This document shows, piece after piece, positions 39,444-49,376 of a stretch of DNA of 64,000 nt. Both the position numbers and the translations under genes were made by a program. The stretch lies in IMG/VR virus record IMGVR_UViG_3300008050_000039, positions 3,628 to 67,627 of that record, one strand, 5' to 3'. The notes below the pieces were generated by a model. The model made no database searches and was not told the origin of the DNA. It saw nothing but the letters and a program-made list of their open reading frames with translations. Positions within the stretch are counted from its first letter, which is position 1; the number at the start of each line of letters is the position of its first letter. Source of the DNA: a virus.

Positions 39444-40934
39444 TCAGTTATGGTCGCAAGGAGCATATAATGAGCCTACTAAGCCCTGTTTTTTATCTAT
39501 CAAATGAGCGCATAGACCTGCTCTTGATACATAGCCGTTTTTAGCATGGTATCTATCGTGTGACGCTAATGAAGGTAGTTGGACAACGAATGCGCCTTCG
39601 CTTTCAATTAATTGTCGGTGGTGTTTATGTCCATGAAACCAAATGTGGTTTTCACATAAGCCCCAATTTCGCCTTTCTTCGGTAGCCATGATAGCAGGTA
39701 GTTTATTTGGTCGCACCGAATCGCCATGTGTAAATCCGATAAGAGTATTACCATAAGTTACATATTGTCTATAAGCAGGGGAAACCACTACCTCAACATC
39801 TTCAACGCCTTCGTAGGCGGCTGATAAATACATCATCAAAGCAACAGAAGAATGTCTGTCGTGATTTCCAGGCATGAATACGACCTTAACAGGGGCTACT
39901 GACCTAAGCAAGTCAATATGTTCTCTTGCTAAAGTGCATCCGGTCATTAGTATTTCGGCGGGGCTACCGCACATATCTTGTGTTGTTCCCTTTGTTGTTG
40001 TTCCGGCGGAAGTATCAACATGAAACCAGTCACTACCCGTAGCCAATATAATTTCTTCGGGTCGGTCTGGTAATTTTTGGATTAGGTTTCCGGTTTTCTC
40101 CATCAAGCGCGAGCGTGCTTCGTCAAAACCATATTGTTCGCCTACTTCATCAACCCACCCATATTTACCCCAATGTAAATCAGTTGGACTAATGACGATG
40201 GCATATTTATTATCCTTGCCCCAATGCTTCGGGCTAATAGTGGCGACCTTTTTAGGTGCTTTAGTTTGGTTGTTAAGTATATCACGGAATTGGTTGAGTA
40301 GTATGTCGTCTAATTCACGGAGGATATTAGCATCCTTTTCAATTTCAGCCCATTTCCGCTTTTCTAATTTTCTATGGAATGACCTGCGTTGTTGAACCAA
40401 CATATCATCAATCAATTCATCAACAGGCTTTGCGAGCATTTCTTCATCGGTAAATGGTTCCATATCACGAACCCACCCATGCTTGCGGATATATTCTTTA
40501 ACCCATTGGCGCGGAAAATCCTGTTCCCTTGCAACTATTGTGGAGGTATTAGTCACACCATCCATATTAGAGTATGATTGTTTCATGGCTCGGTGTTGTT
40601 CGCCAGGAACCACTATAATACCGGCCGCGCACTCAAGGTAAGTTAAATATGTATCACTATCATTATCATAATAATAATTAGTATCAAGACGCCATCCTTC
40701 TTCTTTATCAGTTTCTTCCTTAGTCGCTGGGTTCAAAGAATTATTACTGTCTTTAGCCAACCACCGTTGAATTGCAAGACGCCAAGCATTCATCCCTCTT
40801 GTTGAATCAATCTTATGTAGGAACCTTGCAAAAGCAATTTGTGATTTATGCCCCATTACAACATATTGCTCTATCAATTCGTCGCCGCCCACAGAATACC
40901 CTCTATCTTTCTCGCCCATGTTCATATCGTGCAA
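39444..40934 (-). CDS. calcineurin-like metallophosphoesterase with long N-terminal extension
   Basis: DLHWG, GSDWFH, GNHD, FTHGD, HGHKHH. Confidence 0.88.
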   Translation of the reverse strand: MHDMNMGEKDRGYSVGGDELIEQYVVMGHKSQIAFARFLHKIDSTRGMNAWRLAIQRWLAKDSNNSLNPATKEETDKEEGWRLDTNYYYDNDSDTYLTYLECAAGIIVVPGEQHRAMKQSYSNMDGVTNTSTIVAREQDFPRQWVKEYIRKHGWVRDMEPFTDEEMLAKPVDELIDDMLVQQRRSFHRKLEKRKWAEIEKDANILRELDDILLNQFRDILNNQTKAPKKVATISPKHWGKDNKYAIVISPTDLHWGKYGWVDEVGEQYGFDEARSRLMEKTGNLIQKLPDRPEEIILATGSDWFHVDTSAGTTTKGTTQDMCGSPAEILMTGCTLAREHIDLLRSVAPVKVVFMPGNHDRHSSVALMMYLSAAYEGVEDVEVVVSPAYRQYVTYGNTLIGFTHGDSVRPNKLPAIMATEERRNWGLCENHIWFHGHKHHRQLIESEGAFVVQLPSLASHDRYHAKNGYVSRAGLCAHLIDKKQGLVGSLYAPCDHN

Positions 40935-40961
40935 CTAATTGCTTATCAATGTTCCGATTTT

Positions 40962-41169
40962 TTAATTATTTTTGTTATTTCACTTAGTTGCAGAAAGATT
41001 TAAGGTCACACAGTCAAGCGTTTGCACTAATTCTTTTATTTCCTCTTTAATGTTTAGTCTTACCCCCCCTTAATAAACCCTTTAAGAAAGAATAAAATAA
41101 TAAGTGAAGTAGGGGCGCAGTCATACGGTTATTTGTTTCTGTAATAATTTTTTCTATAAAAATAATTAA
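40962..41169 (+). repeat. 208-bp symmetric element, copy C
   Basis: Perfect terminal IR TTAATTATTTTT/AAAAATAATTAA, AGAAAGATTTAA at +30, CAGTCAAGCG, GCGCAGTCATACGG. Confidence 0.85.
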
Positions 41170-41445
41170 CAAACTATGCCAACATTAATTACACAAACGA
41201 TTAATAGTATGTTATTGTGCGAAAAGAAAAGGTTAGTGCTTGGGATTTTAATGAGTTATGGGGTGGGTTATCGGGTGGTGATGATTTCATGATGTGTTAT
41301 ACTGAAAACATTTGTGTTGATGTTCCTGGAGGTCTTGGGCCTAATATGGCTCTTGTTCTTGGTGTGGCGGAATTATTATTTTGGATTCTTACTATGACCG
41401 CCGGAAGCAAAATGTTAAAGAAACACAGGGGCATGAGAAAGAAAC

Positions 41446-41730
41446 ATGGCAATAGAAGGCGACGCCGCAATAGCGATTCTGACACGAATTGAAAGTGTTA
41501 ATGACCGCGTTACTGATATAAGCACACGATTAAACGATTCAGACGAAACGATAGAGCGTCTTACCGCCGTTGAAGGGAAAACCGATATGATTTTAAGTGA
41601 CCTAAAAGACATAAAAGCGGGGCCGGTTTATTCATTAGACCAATTCATAACTAAAAGAGTAGCACAAGCAACCGGAGGTGTGGGTGCATTATTTCTTTTG
41701 GTTATGTGGTTAATACAGAATTGGTATTAG
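41446..41730 (+). CDS. coiled-coil protein with C-terminal TM helix (holin/lysis-like)
   Basis: Heptad N-terminus, hydrophobic VGALFLLVMWLI C-terminus. Confidence 0.5.
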   Translation: MAIEGDAAIAILTRIESVNDRVTDISTRLNDSDETIERLTAVEGKTDMILSDLKDIKAGPVYSLDQFITKRVAQATGGVGALFLLVMWLIQNWY

Positions 41731-41769
41731 ACAAGAGGTTTTTATAACAGACCACATAACAACCTTTTT

Positions 41770-43170
41770 GTGGCGGAGTTTAACTTTTGGGGTTTGCGTC
41801 GTAAGAAAGGGGTTGATGGGATAAAAGAAGTAAAAGCAGAACGGGTTTCAACAGCGAAACCATTTCGTTTGGCGGCAGGTATTCCCGATATTCTCCGTGA
41901 TGCCGAGAGTTTAGGAACAGATGCAAACTTTGACAATGAGTTTGACCTATACGACCAAATGCTCAAACTTGACCCTGAATTGAACGGCGCAGTTAGAGCA
42001 GTTTCGCTAACTGCCAACAATTACGAAATAAATTATAGTCGTGGTAAAAATAATAAGATTCGCAATGCTATTCAAGAATTAGTTGATACATTAGATTTTG
42101 ACGACTTCTTAATTAACGCTATGCGTGCGCTCATGGTCTATGGGAACGACATAAACAAATTGGTAGGTAAGGCTGGCGAAGGAATTACCAATATACAATC
42201 CCTGCCCGTTAAACAAATTACAATCGTGGATGAGAGGGGGGGGCTTGATACCTATTTTTCGGCCGGTGATGAAAACCCTATCATCACCGCTAACAGTTAC
42301 ATATTAAGAGAGGGGTCAATGTATCAACAACAATTTTCCGCTAAAGAAATGTTGCATATTAAAATTGACTACCGCTCAACATGGTTCACAGATATTAAGG
42401 GACGAAAAACTTATGGTATATGGGGCGCATCCCGATTCAGCAGTCTAAAAAATCCAATCCGAGCCAAATACAACACCATTAATAATCGTGTGGCTTTAGA
42501 AGATGCCATGACTAAACAATACATTACGATTGACAAATCGGCTATTGAACATATTACCGACCCCAACGAACAGAAAGAAAGACTGACACATATTATGGAT
42601 GAGGTCGCAAAATTATTTGAGGGATTGAGAGGCGACCAAATACCTATCCTACCTCATTATGTTGAATTACACCATGTCAATTTAGAAAACAGCATTCCCG
42701 ACAGCACAGCGTTTCTTGACAGCGTAAATGGTGATATTGCCGCCGTTCTCCAAGTGCCGCGTGTAGCCGCCGGCCAAGAACGGGGTTCAACCTTCGCCGC
42801 TACATACAGCGCAAGCCTATGGGCGGTTCAAGCAATATCCCGTCTGCAAAAAGTCTTAGGGCAATCAGTTATGCAACTTTTCTCAATCCACCTTGACCTA
42901 TTGGGTATCGCACATAAGAAACAGGATATACCTACCATATCATTTGAAGCCATGAATCAAGAAACCCCACTATCCCTCATGCAACGGGCTAATATGGGTT
43001 ATGATGGTGGTTTGTTAACTCTTAACCAATGTTTAGATTTATTGAACCTACCGGAAATTGGTAAAGAGGGTAATGAAAGAAAAACTGATGTGGTGGAACC
43101 CACAGAAGAACCCGAATTACCACGCGAGAATGAACAGAAACCCGAAAACAAAAAACAGGGAGATGAATAA
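41770..43170 (+). CDS. portal protein
   Basis: 466 aa at head of morphogenesis operon; YDQMLKLDPELNGAVR, ALMVYGN, EMLHIK, YGIWGASRF, LTLNQ. Confidence 0.85.
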   Translation: MAEFNFWGLRRKKGVDGIKEVKAERVSTAKPFRLAAGIPDILRDAESLGTDANFDNEFDLYDQMLKLDPELNGAVRAVSLTANNYEINYSRGKNNKIRNAIQELVDTLDFDDFLINAMRALMVYGNDINKLVGKAGEGITNIQSLPVKQITIVDERGGLDTYFSAGDENPIITANSYILREGSMYQQQFSAKEMLHIKIDYRSTWFTDIKGRKTYGIWGASRFSSLKNPIRAKYNTINNRVALEDAMTKQYITIDKSAIEHITDPNEQKERLTHIMDEVAKLFEGLRGDQIPILPHYVELHHVNLENSIPDSTAFLDSVNGDIAAVLQVPRVAAGQERGSTFAATYSASLWAVQAISRLQKVLGQSVMQLFSIHLDLLGIAHKKQDIPTISFEAMNQETPLSLMQRANMGYDGGLLTLNQCLDLLNLPEIGKEGNERKTDVVEPTEEPELPRENEQKPENKKQGDE

Positions 43171-43522
43171 ATTGGTAAGTGCAAAAACATTTAACGACCG
43201 ATTAGTAAATAAAACAATAGTGCCTATTATTTATTTGTGGATATTGGCCGCAGGTGGCGTGGTAGGTATGGGTATTTACAGACCCGATGTTGTTATCCCG
43301 AATCTTGATGGTTTTATCGCACTTATCGCCATTATTGGTGGCGTTGCCTCCCCCGCACTAAGTATCATTGTTAGAATGTGGGAGAACGAACAACAGGCCG
43401 ATATTGACGGAATACCCGAAGATTTACTACATGGTCGCGAGCGCGATACAGAAGAACACCGCCATAGGATGGCTGTTGAAAAACATAGTGAAGGTATGGT
43501 GGGAGAAAAAGGTGATGAATAA
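43163..43522 (+). CDS. two-TM membrane protein (holin-like candidate)
   Basis: Two hydrophobic stretches then charged tail. Confidence 0.5.
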   Translation: MNKLVSAKTFNDRLVNKTIVPIIYLWILAAGGVVGMGIYRPDVVIPNLDGFIALIAIIGGVASPALSIIVRMWENEQQADIDGIPEDLLHGRERDTEEHRHRMAVEKHSEGMVGEKGDE

Positions 43523-44721
43523 TGAGTGAAGATTTTAACAAAGGTGAACAAAACGAAATAAATGTAGTTTTTGACAAAACGAAAACAAGTGTGACACTTG
43601 ACCTTGAAATAAATAAAGCCGTCACTATCGTTGAGGCGAGTAGTGGTAAAACTATTATTGAGATAACAGGTATAGCCTTTCATGAAGGCCGTAATAAGAA
43701 TAGGTGGGAAATAACCCGTAAAGCGGCAGACTTTGTGGCTGAACAAATGATTAATGTTGATGTGACCCTCAACCACCCCGACCCCGATGATATAGGTTTC
43801 GGCCGAAATATGGAAGGGGGCGTGGACAAAGCAGTAGTTGGTATTGTCACGCACGCGAGCGTTGAAGATAAAGACGATGGAAAGTGGGTTGTTAATTATG
43901 TAGCGCAGGTTCATAGAGCAGAATTGTTTGAGGCTCTTGAATCCGGTCTTTGGCTCCGCTCCGACTATGGGGTAAGTATTGGTGGCTTCGGTATTCCTAC
44001 TACCGCCAATGAAGATGGAATGGTTTTTGATGATGATTTTACTTTAGACCATTTGGCGATTGTTCACCGGCCGGCATACAACCGAGCAAGTATTGATACG
44101 GTGGAGAGGGTTGAAATTACGAATATAGAGGTCATTGAGCCGGAAGTTTCCGCATCATTTAAGTATCACTCGGCATCTGACACAATTCAGCAAGAGGTTG
44201 TAGCAATGACTGATGAGCAAATAGAACAGAACGAGGCAAAAGAAGAGAGGGATGCTTTGGCATCTGAAATTGAGAGCCTAAAGGCAGACATAATTTTGAG
44301 AAACGCTGAAATTGAATCCTTTAAGGCGGCAGAAGAGGCGAAAGTTGAAGAGGCTCGCCAAGAACTTGTTGAGAAAGCAAGTGACATGGGATTGAAGGGT
44401 CACGAAGAACTTTCAACTGATGTTATATCCTCCCTTATCGCTTCATGGCAAGAAGCAAACCCAGAACCCGCACCCGTAGTAATGGAAGCGGCAGTTTCAA
44501 CCCCTACCACAGATTCAACCCCTGTTGAAGCAACCACCAATCAGCCGGTAGTCGCAAACTTCCTAAATGGCGTCTTAGTTGAGTCAAAAGAAGAGATTTA
44601 CGGCCGATGTTGGAACGCATGGGCAAGAGCATGGAACGAACAACTCACTACTGATGAGCGCAAAGACGACGCAATGCGTGCTAAGTATTACGACGAAATA
44701 AAGACCGAAGGAGGTCAATAA
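43522..44721 (+). CDS. prohead protease fused to scaffold domain
   Basis: LNH, VSIGG, LDHLAIVHRPAY protease motifs; acidic coiled-coil C-terminal half. Confidence 0.85.
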   Translation: MSEDFNKGEQNEINVVFDKTKTSVTLDLEINKAVTIVEASSGKTIIEITGIAFHEGRNKNRWEITRKAADFVAEQMINVDVTLNHPDPDDIGFGRNMEGGVDKAVVGIVTHASVEDKDDGKWVVNYVAQVHRAELFEALESGLWLRSDYGVSIGGFGIPTTANEDGMVFDDDFTLDHLAIVHRPAYNRASIDTVERVEITNIEVIEPEVSASFKYHSASDTIQQEVVAMTDEQIEQNEAKEERDALASEIESLKADIILRNAEIESFKAAEEAKVEEARQELVEKASDMGLKGHEELSTDVISSLIASWQEANPEPAPVVMEAAVSTPTTDSTPVEATTNQPVVANFLNGVLVESKEEIYGRCWNAWARAWNEQLTTDERKDDAMRAKYYDEIKTEGGQ

Positions 44722-44722
44722 T

Positions 44723-45190
44723 ATGGCATACGGACAAGGAGCAGACCCACGAAACGCAACACTAAAGACAGGCGCATATTCAAAGGGGCCAGGAAAATTA
44801 CTAACAATGGACAGCACAAACAATACTGTTGATTTGACAGCAGTTAGCGAAATCGCAATCGGTGTTTCAGCCGGCGATTCAAGCCGAACTGCGGCATTAG
44901 CACTTGATACATCGGCAGGGGCAACAGTCGCTTACTACCCAATGGGTGGTGTTTTGATGATTCAATCAGCCGCTTCACAAACTTACACAACAGGCTGTTT
45001 AGTTTATGCAACTGGTGATGGTTTGGCAACTGCTTCATCCGCCTCATCTGCAAAGGTTATTGGAACCTATGTTGGTGAAGGCGAAGCAACCACAGCACTT
45101 GTCGCAAACGGAAACGGCGACACAGATGGCGCACTACTTTCAGAAGGCAATATGATTGCTGTTAATACTAACGGAGCAGTTACCGCTTGA
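44723..45190 (+). CDS. head decoration/cement protein
   Basis: 155 aa A/G/T-rich ORF just before the MCP. Confidence 0.65.
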   Translation: MAYGQGADPRNATLKTGAYSKGPGKLLTMDSTNNTVDLTAVSEIAIGVSAGDSSRTAALALDTSAGATVAYYPMGGVLMIQSAASQTYTTGCLVYATGDGLATASSASSAKVIGTYVGEGEATTALVANGNGDTDGALLSEGNMIAVNTNGAVTA

Positions 45191-45225
45191 GGATAATGAA
45201 AAATAAAAAATGGAGATGATGAAAA

Positions 45226-46137
45226 ATGGCAAATAATACTTTAGAAGAGATTTTGAATGTCGGGGCGGCCACAGGGCCATTCTCAACAGGTGACGCAGTA
45301 TTGGAGCAGACTCTAAGAGATTTTATCCAACTACAATCAACCACAATCGCAATAGGAACAAAAGTCGTTGGCGTGCGAAATGTTGCATGGCTTGAGTTTA
45401 AGTTTTACACAGGCGTAAATGGAACTTTCAGTTATCCACTTGATGATAACGCAGTCACAGACCCAACAAAGGTCGGAACTGCTAACTACACAGCACAACT
45501 AAGCAAAGGACAGGGCCGTTGTGTATTCCTTGACACAGTAAGACTTCGTGGCGAATCATGGGAAAACATTGACCGCCAACAACTCGGTATCATCCGAGCG
45601 CGTGCTGACAAGATAGACAACCACATTCTAACCACACTTGTTGCAGGTGCAGGTCAAACACAGGCCGCAACTTCAACTTTCGGTAGCGCAACTGCTGACG
45701 AAGAATCGGATTTACTTACAGCAATGGATTTAATCTATGCAAACGCAAGAGTAAGTGGTGATGAATCACTCGCACTTATCCTACCTGCTGACAAGAGAAG
45801 TGCAATGCTTAACACACAACTCTTCGGCAATGTCGTTGAGTCACTACAAGACCACTTGGGCCGAGTAGCAAACCTCCGTGTTTATTACAGCCGTGATTAC
45901 GGTAGCGGTAATGCACTCGGAAACGATGCACTATTATTGATTCCAGGTTCCGAAACAGCCGAGTTTTTCCAATATAACGGAGCCGGTGTTATGGAAACAG
46001 AATTGACCCGCCTCCCGGGTGTTGGTTATGATTGGCTTTTGACTTCCTACTTCGGTAGTGTTGTTCACGAACACCAAGACGGTGCTTCAAGCGGCACTAC
46101 AAACCGCATTGTTAAGATTACCGGCGTGCGTGCTTAG
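45226..46137 (+). CDS. major capsid protein (HK97 fold)
   Basis: 303 aa, canonical position after protease and decoration genes; ADKIDNHILTTL spine-helix-like segment. Confidence 0.8.
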   Translation: MANNTLEEILNVGAATGPFSTGDAVLEQTLRDFIQLQSTTIAIGTKVVGVRNVAWLEFKFYTGVNGTFSYPLDDNAVTDPTKVGTANYTAQLSKGQGRCVFLDTVRLRGESWENIDRQQLGIIRARADKIDNHILTTLVAGAGQTQAATSTFGSATADEESDLLTAMDLIYANARVSGDESLALILPADKRSAMLNTQLFGNVVESLQDHLGRVANLRVYYSRDYGSGNALGNDALLLIPGSETAEFFQYNGAGVMETELTRLPGVGYDWLLTSYFGSVVHEHQDGASSGTTNRIVKITGVRA

Positions 46138-46174
46138 AACTAACACTTTAACTGAAAAATAGGGAGATGAAAAA

Positions 46175-46690
46175 ATGGCTGGACAAAACAACCAAAATAG
46201 AAAATTACAAAATCTTATCAACATTGGTAAGATGGCAGATGATTCAGTCGGCGCATCCGAATTAGTGGATGATTCAGTCGGTAATGCGGCATTAGGTAGC
46301 CTTCAAGAAAAGACACTACTTTATGAGTATGACTTCGCAGTAAGCGGTGGTTCAGCAGGTGCAATCGCACTTACAGGCAGGGGTGGGGTCGCACCAACAC
46401 AACTACCGGACAATGCAGTAATCACAAATGTAACCATTGAAGGTGTAACCGACAATACAAGCGGTGGTTCAGCAACAATCGCTCTTGGATATACAGGACA
46501 AACAGGTGCATTCTTAGCCGCAACAGCATATAATAATGCTATGTGGGATGTGAATGCAGTAACTTCGGGCGCACCTGTTGTCGCTACCGGAAAAACAACT
46601 GCCGCAGTAGCAGTTCTCGCAACAATCGCAACAGCAGACCTAACAGCCGGTAAGTGGTATGTTTGGGTAACTTACTTTGAAGGTGCGTGA
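46175..46690 (+). CDS. minor virion protein (beta-rich)
   Basis: Follows MCP; LPDNAVIT...AGKWYVWVTY. Confidence 0.6.
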   Translation: MAGQNNQNRKLQNLINIGKMADDSVGASELVDDSVGNAALGSLQEKTLLYEYDFAVSGGSAGAIALTGRGGVAPTQLPDNAVITNVTIEGVTDNTSGGSATIALGYTGQTGAFLAATAYNNAMWDVNAVTSGAPVVATGKTTAAVAVLATIATADLTAGKWYVWVTYFEGA

Positions 46691-46696
46691 GGCTAA

Positions 46697-46792
46697 ATGC
46701 CTACTCTTAATGAGGTCGTTCATGGCCCATCTAAGGCCAAGCCTAAGAAAAAGGCTAAGAAAAAAACAAAGCCTAAGTCTAAGAAAGAATAG
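46697..46792 (+). CDS. 31-aa Lys-rich peptide
   Basis: Hand-translated MPTLNEVVHGPSKAKPKKKAKKKTKPKSKKE, GTGAGG RBS. Confidence 0.5.
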   Translation: MPTLNEVVHGPSKAKPKKKAKKKTKPKSKKE

Positions 46793-46823
46793 TGAAGCAT
46801 AGTGAAGTGTAAAGTGAAGGGAT

Positions 46824-47198
46824 ATGGAAAAGAAACCGACAAAGGCTTATCTTGTAAAGCAACTTAGGAAACGGGAAATACCGATTCCTAAAGACGCAAC
46901 AATAGAAATCTTAAAGCACCGCCTCAAATACTGGTTAGGTGGCGAGGGGTTTCATGTTAGACCGCTTAAATATACCGGAGCGATTAATTTTAGTAATTCC
47001 CCCGTTAAATTACTTACTGATAAAAACGCGCTATATTGGATTCCGAACAGCAAAATGGCTCATGTTATTGTCGGTTCACGCGTCGTTTTGATTTTAGATA
47101 GAACAAACAAACCTTCAAATGACGCTATCATACTTGATGTGCCAATAGACTACGATGAGGTGTTTAACGATGGCGGTAACGACAGCACAAATCCGTGA
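46824..47198 (+). CDS. HeH/LEM-domain protein
   Basis: TKAYLVKQLRKREIPIPKDATIEILKHRL. Confidence 0.55.
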   Translation: MEKKPTKAYLVKQLRKREIPIPKDATIEILKHRLKYWLGGEGFHVRPLKYTGAINFSNSPVKLLTDKNALYWIPNSKMAHVIVGSRVVLILDRTNKPSNDAIILDVPIDYDEVFNDGGNDSTNP

Positions 47199-47589
47199 CC
47201 TTCTAAATAGGCCACGCGGTCTTAACGAGGGAACAATTAACGAATACCTTACTATCCGTAATAACCAAGTGGATAAAGTAGTGCGCGCCTCCGGTTTATT
47301 CGGGGTCACAGCGTCTAATGCGCCTACTACCGCACTTAAAGAAGACGCAGTAAAGTTTTTAGTTTGTATGGATTGTTTGCGGGTAGTAATAGATACTATC
47401 CCTTCATGGGTTCCCGAAAAGAAACAGGGCGCACACGATATTAGATACCAACGACAACTTAAATCCTTTGAAGAACAGGCACAAAATGCTTTGGATGCAA
47501 TATCAGAAAAAGGTGGGACTGTTTTTGTCATTGATTCAACAAACAGCAGAATAACAACAACCGGAAATGGTTTGTCGGGTCTTTTTTAA
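47170..47589 (+). CDS. head-tail adaptor-like protein
   Basis: MAVTTAQIRDLL start, helical, located after head genes. Confidence 0.55.
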   Translation: MAVTTAQIRDLLNRPRGLNEGTINEYLTIRNNQVDKVVRASGLFGVTASNAPTTALKEDAVKFLVCMDCLRVVIDTIPSWVPEKKQGAHDIRYQRQLKSFEEQAQNALDAISEKGGTVFVIDSTNSRITTTGNGLSGLF

Positions 47590-47626
47590 GCGAAGTGAAT
47601 ATAGTGAAGTGTGAGATGATAAAAGA

Positions 47627-49375
47627 ATGGCAACAGTCACATGGGTAGGTTCAGTTGATACTAATGCGGCAACGGGAGCCAACTGGTCGTCCGGCTCTAT
47701 TCCAGGCTCCGGTGACGATGTAGTTTTCGGCCCCTCATCAAATAATGTTTGTGCTTGGTCGCATACTTCTATCGGCCAAGTCAATAAAATAATTATTCAA
47801 GCCACATTTCCCCACACACTTTTATTTCAAGGAGGGACGGTAATTTGCGCTTCACTTGATGTTTCAAGAGCCGGAACGGTTGACGCAAATAGCGCAACAG
47901 TTTTAATGTTTAATGATGGTGCTTATGATTTCACTAACAGTTATATTAAAATTGATAGTGTAAGTGACACAAGCCTTAATACATCAACTACGGGTATGTT
48001 TGCAAGCACTACGGCAAGAAGTAATCTGACCTTTACGATGATGATTATTGGAACGAGTAGTAGTCAAGGTTTAATGTTTGACGATGGGGTTTATCCAAAC
48101 ATTTTTCTTAATGCTGGTTCGGGGGCTTACTTTTTCCCTGCTTATTTAACCCCTAATAATACCTATGGTATGGTGGATATGTTAGATTTGACATTGGCGG
48201 CAAATGTTTCCGCATCTATGACAAACCTTACTATTGCCGAAAATGATTATTCTAAAGTATTTAGATTAGGCGGCGACTTAACAATTTCTTCAACAACTAA
48301 TTCTTTTGATATGGGCGTTTCAACTGTTCATTTCAAAGGTAAAGCATCTGGCTCCGCTTTTTATCTTCCTGTTGACGGCGATACTAATTATGGTTCATCT
48401 AATTCTTTTTCGTCGCGATTGTATAGTGTTGTTATTGATGCTGGCGATACGGCCGGCGATTTTGTCCTTATAGCGGCGGGGTTAACTCTTTCATGTAATA
48501 GCCTCACAATTAATGATGATGCTAACCTTTTTGGGCCGGCTACTGACCCAGGTTCGGAAATAATTTTGGTTGAACGACCAAAGATTCGTGGTTCTTGGAA
48601 CTTTCAACAAATAGCAGATGGACACTTTCGTTCTGTAAATACGCATCATGTTCTCGGTGTTTCGCAGGGCGGCACAGGTCTTTCAAGTATTAGTGCTACC
48701 AAAATACTATTTGGTAATAATAAAGCGGCTGTTGGTATTTCAAGTGATTTCACATGGAACGATTCAACTAAGGTTCTTTATGTTAATGGTAAATTAACAG
48801 TCACAGGTCTTATTGACCCGACGGGCCTTGAACTGACCCCTACCGCCTCAAATCCAGGGGGGGAGGTCGCTAATACTCTTTGGCTTGATAGCGGCGATAG
48901 TAATAAATTAAAATTAGGGTCAAGCGAAGTTAGTGGTGGTAGCACCCCCGCAACAGCACACATTTCATTATCAACAAGCATGGTTGGTTTTCCGTCGGGC
49001 GCATATACACCATGCGGATTAGATACAGCAGACTTTGATACAGCAGGTGCTTGGGATAATACAAATAAGTATTATGTTGTGCCAACAACAGGTAAATACT
49101 TCGTATCATTTTCTGTTTCTATTCGCTATACTTCATCCTCAGAAGTCACCATAGCATCATTATATGTTGATACGGGGGCTGGTATGAATAACAGGATAAA
49201 GACGACTTATGGTAGGGGTTCGGGCGAACCTTCGGGTGGTTCAATTTTATTAAACTTAGATGCGGGGGATAAGATAGCCCTTTATTGTTATCATAATGGG
49301 GGGGCAGGTAAAAACCTCATTGGTGATTCGGTCACAGAAGGTATAACCTTTTTGAGTATAGCGGAGATTGTTTAA
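47627..49375 (+). CDS. fibre/adhesin with beta-helix-like N-part and C-terminal C1q-like domain
   Basis: WVG...NWS...P...DDVVF; GVSQGGTG fibre motif; YVVPTTGKYFVS...LNLDAGDKI. Confidence 0.7.
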   Translation: MATVTWVGSVDTNAATGANWSSGSIPGSGDDVVFGPSSNNVCAWSHTSIGQVNKIIIQATFPHTLLFQGGTVICASLDVSRAGTVDANSATVLMFNDGAYDFTNSYIKIDSVSDTSLNTSTTGMFASTTARSNLTFTMMIIGTSSSQGLMFDDGVYPNIFLNAGSGAYFFPAYLTPNNTYGMVDMLDLTLAANVSASMTNLTIAENDYSKVFRLGGDLTISSTTNSFDMGVSTVHFKGKASGSAFYLPVDGDTNYGSSNSFSSRLYSVVIDAGDTAGDFVLIAAGLTLSCNSLTINDDANLFGPATDPGSEIILVERPKIRGSWNFQQIADGHFRSVNTHHVLGVSQGGTGLSSISATKILFGNNKAAVGISSDFTWNDSTKVLYVNGKLTVTGLIDPTGLELTPTASNPGGEVANTLWLDSGDSNKLKLGSSEVSGGSTPATAHISLSTSMVGFPSGAYTPCGLDTADFDTAGAWDNTNKYYVVPTTGKYFVSFSVSIRYTSSSEVTIASLYVDTGAGMNNRIKTTYGRGSGEPSGGSILLNLDAGDKIALYCYHNGGAGKNLIGDSVTEGITFLSIAEIV

Positions 49376-49376
49376 T

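Noticed and set aside
17549-41169. 208-bp elements as MITEs
   Set aside because: No target-site duplications or transposase seen, and spacers diverge while length is fixed, which fits binding-site geometry better; disfavoured, not excluded
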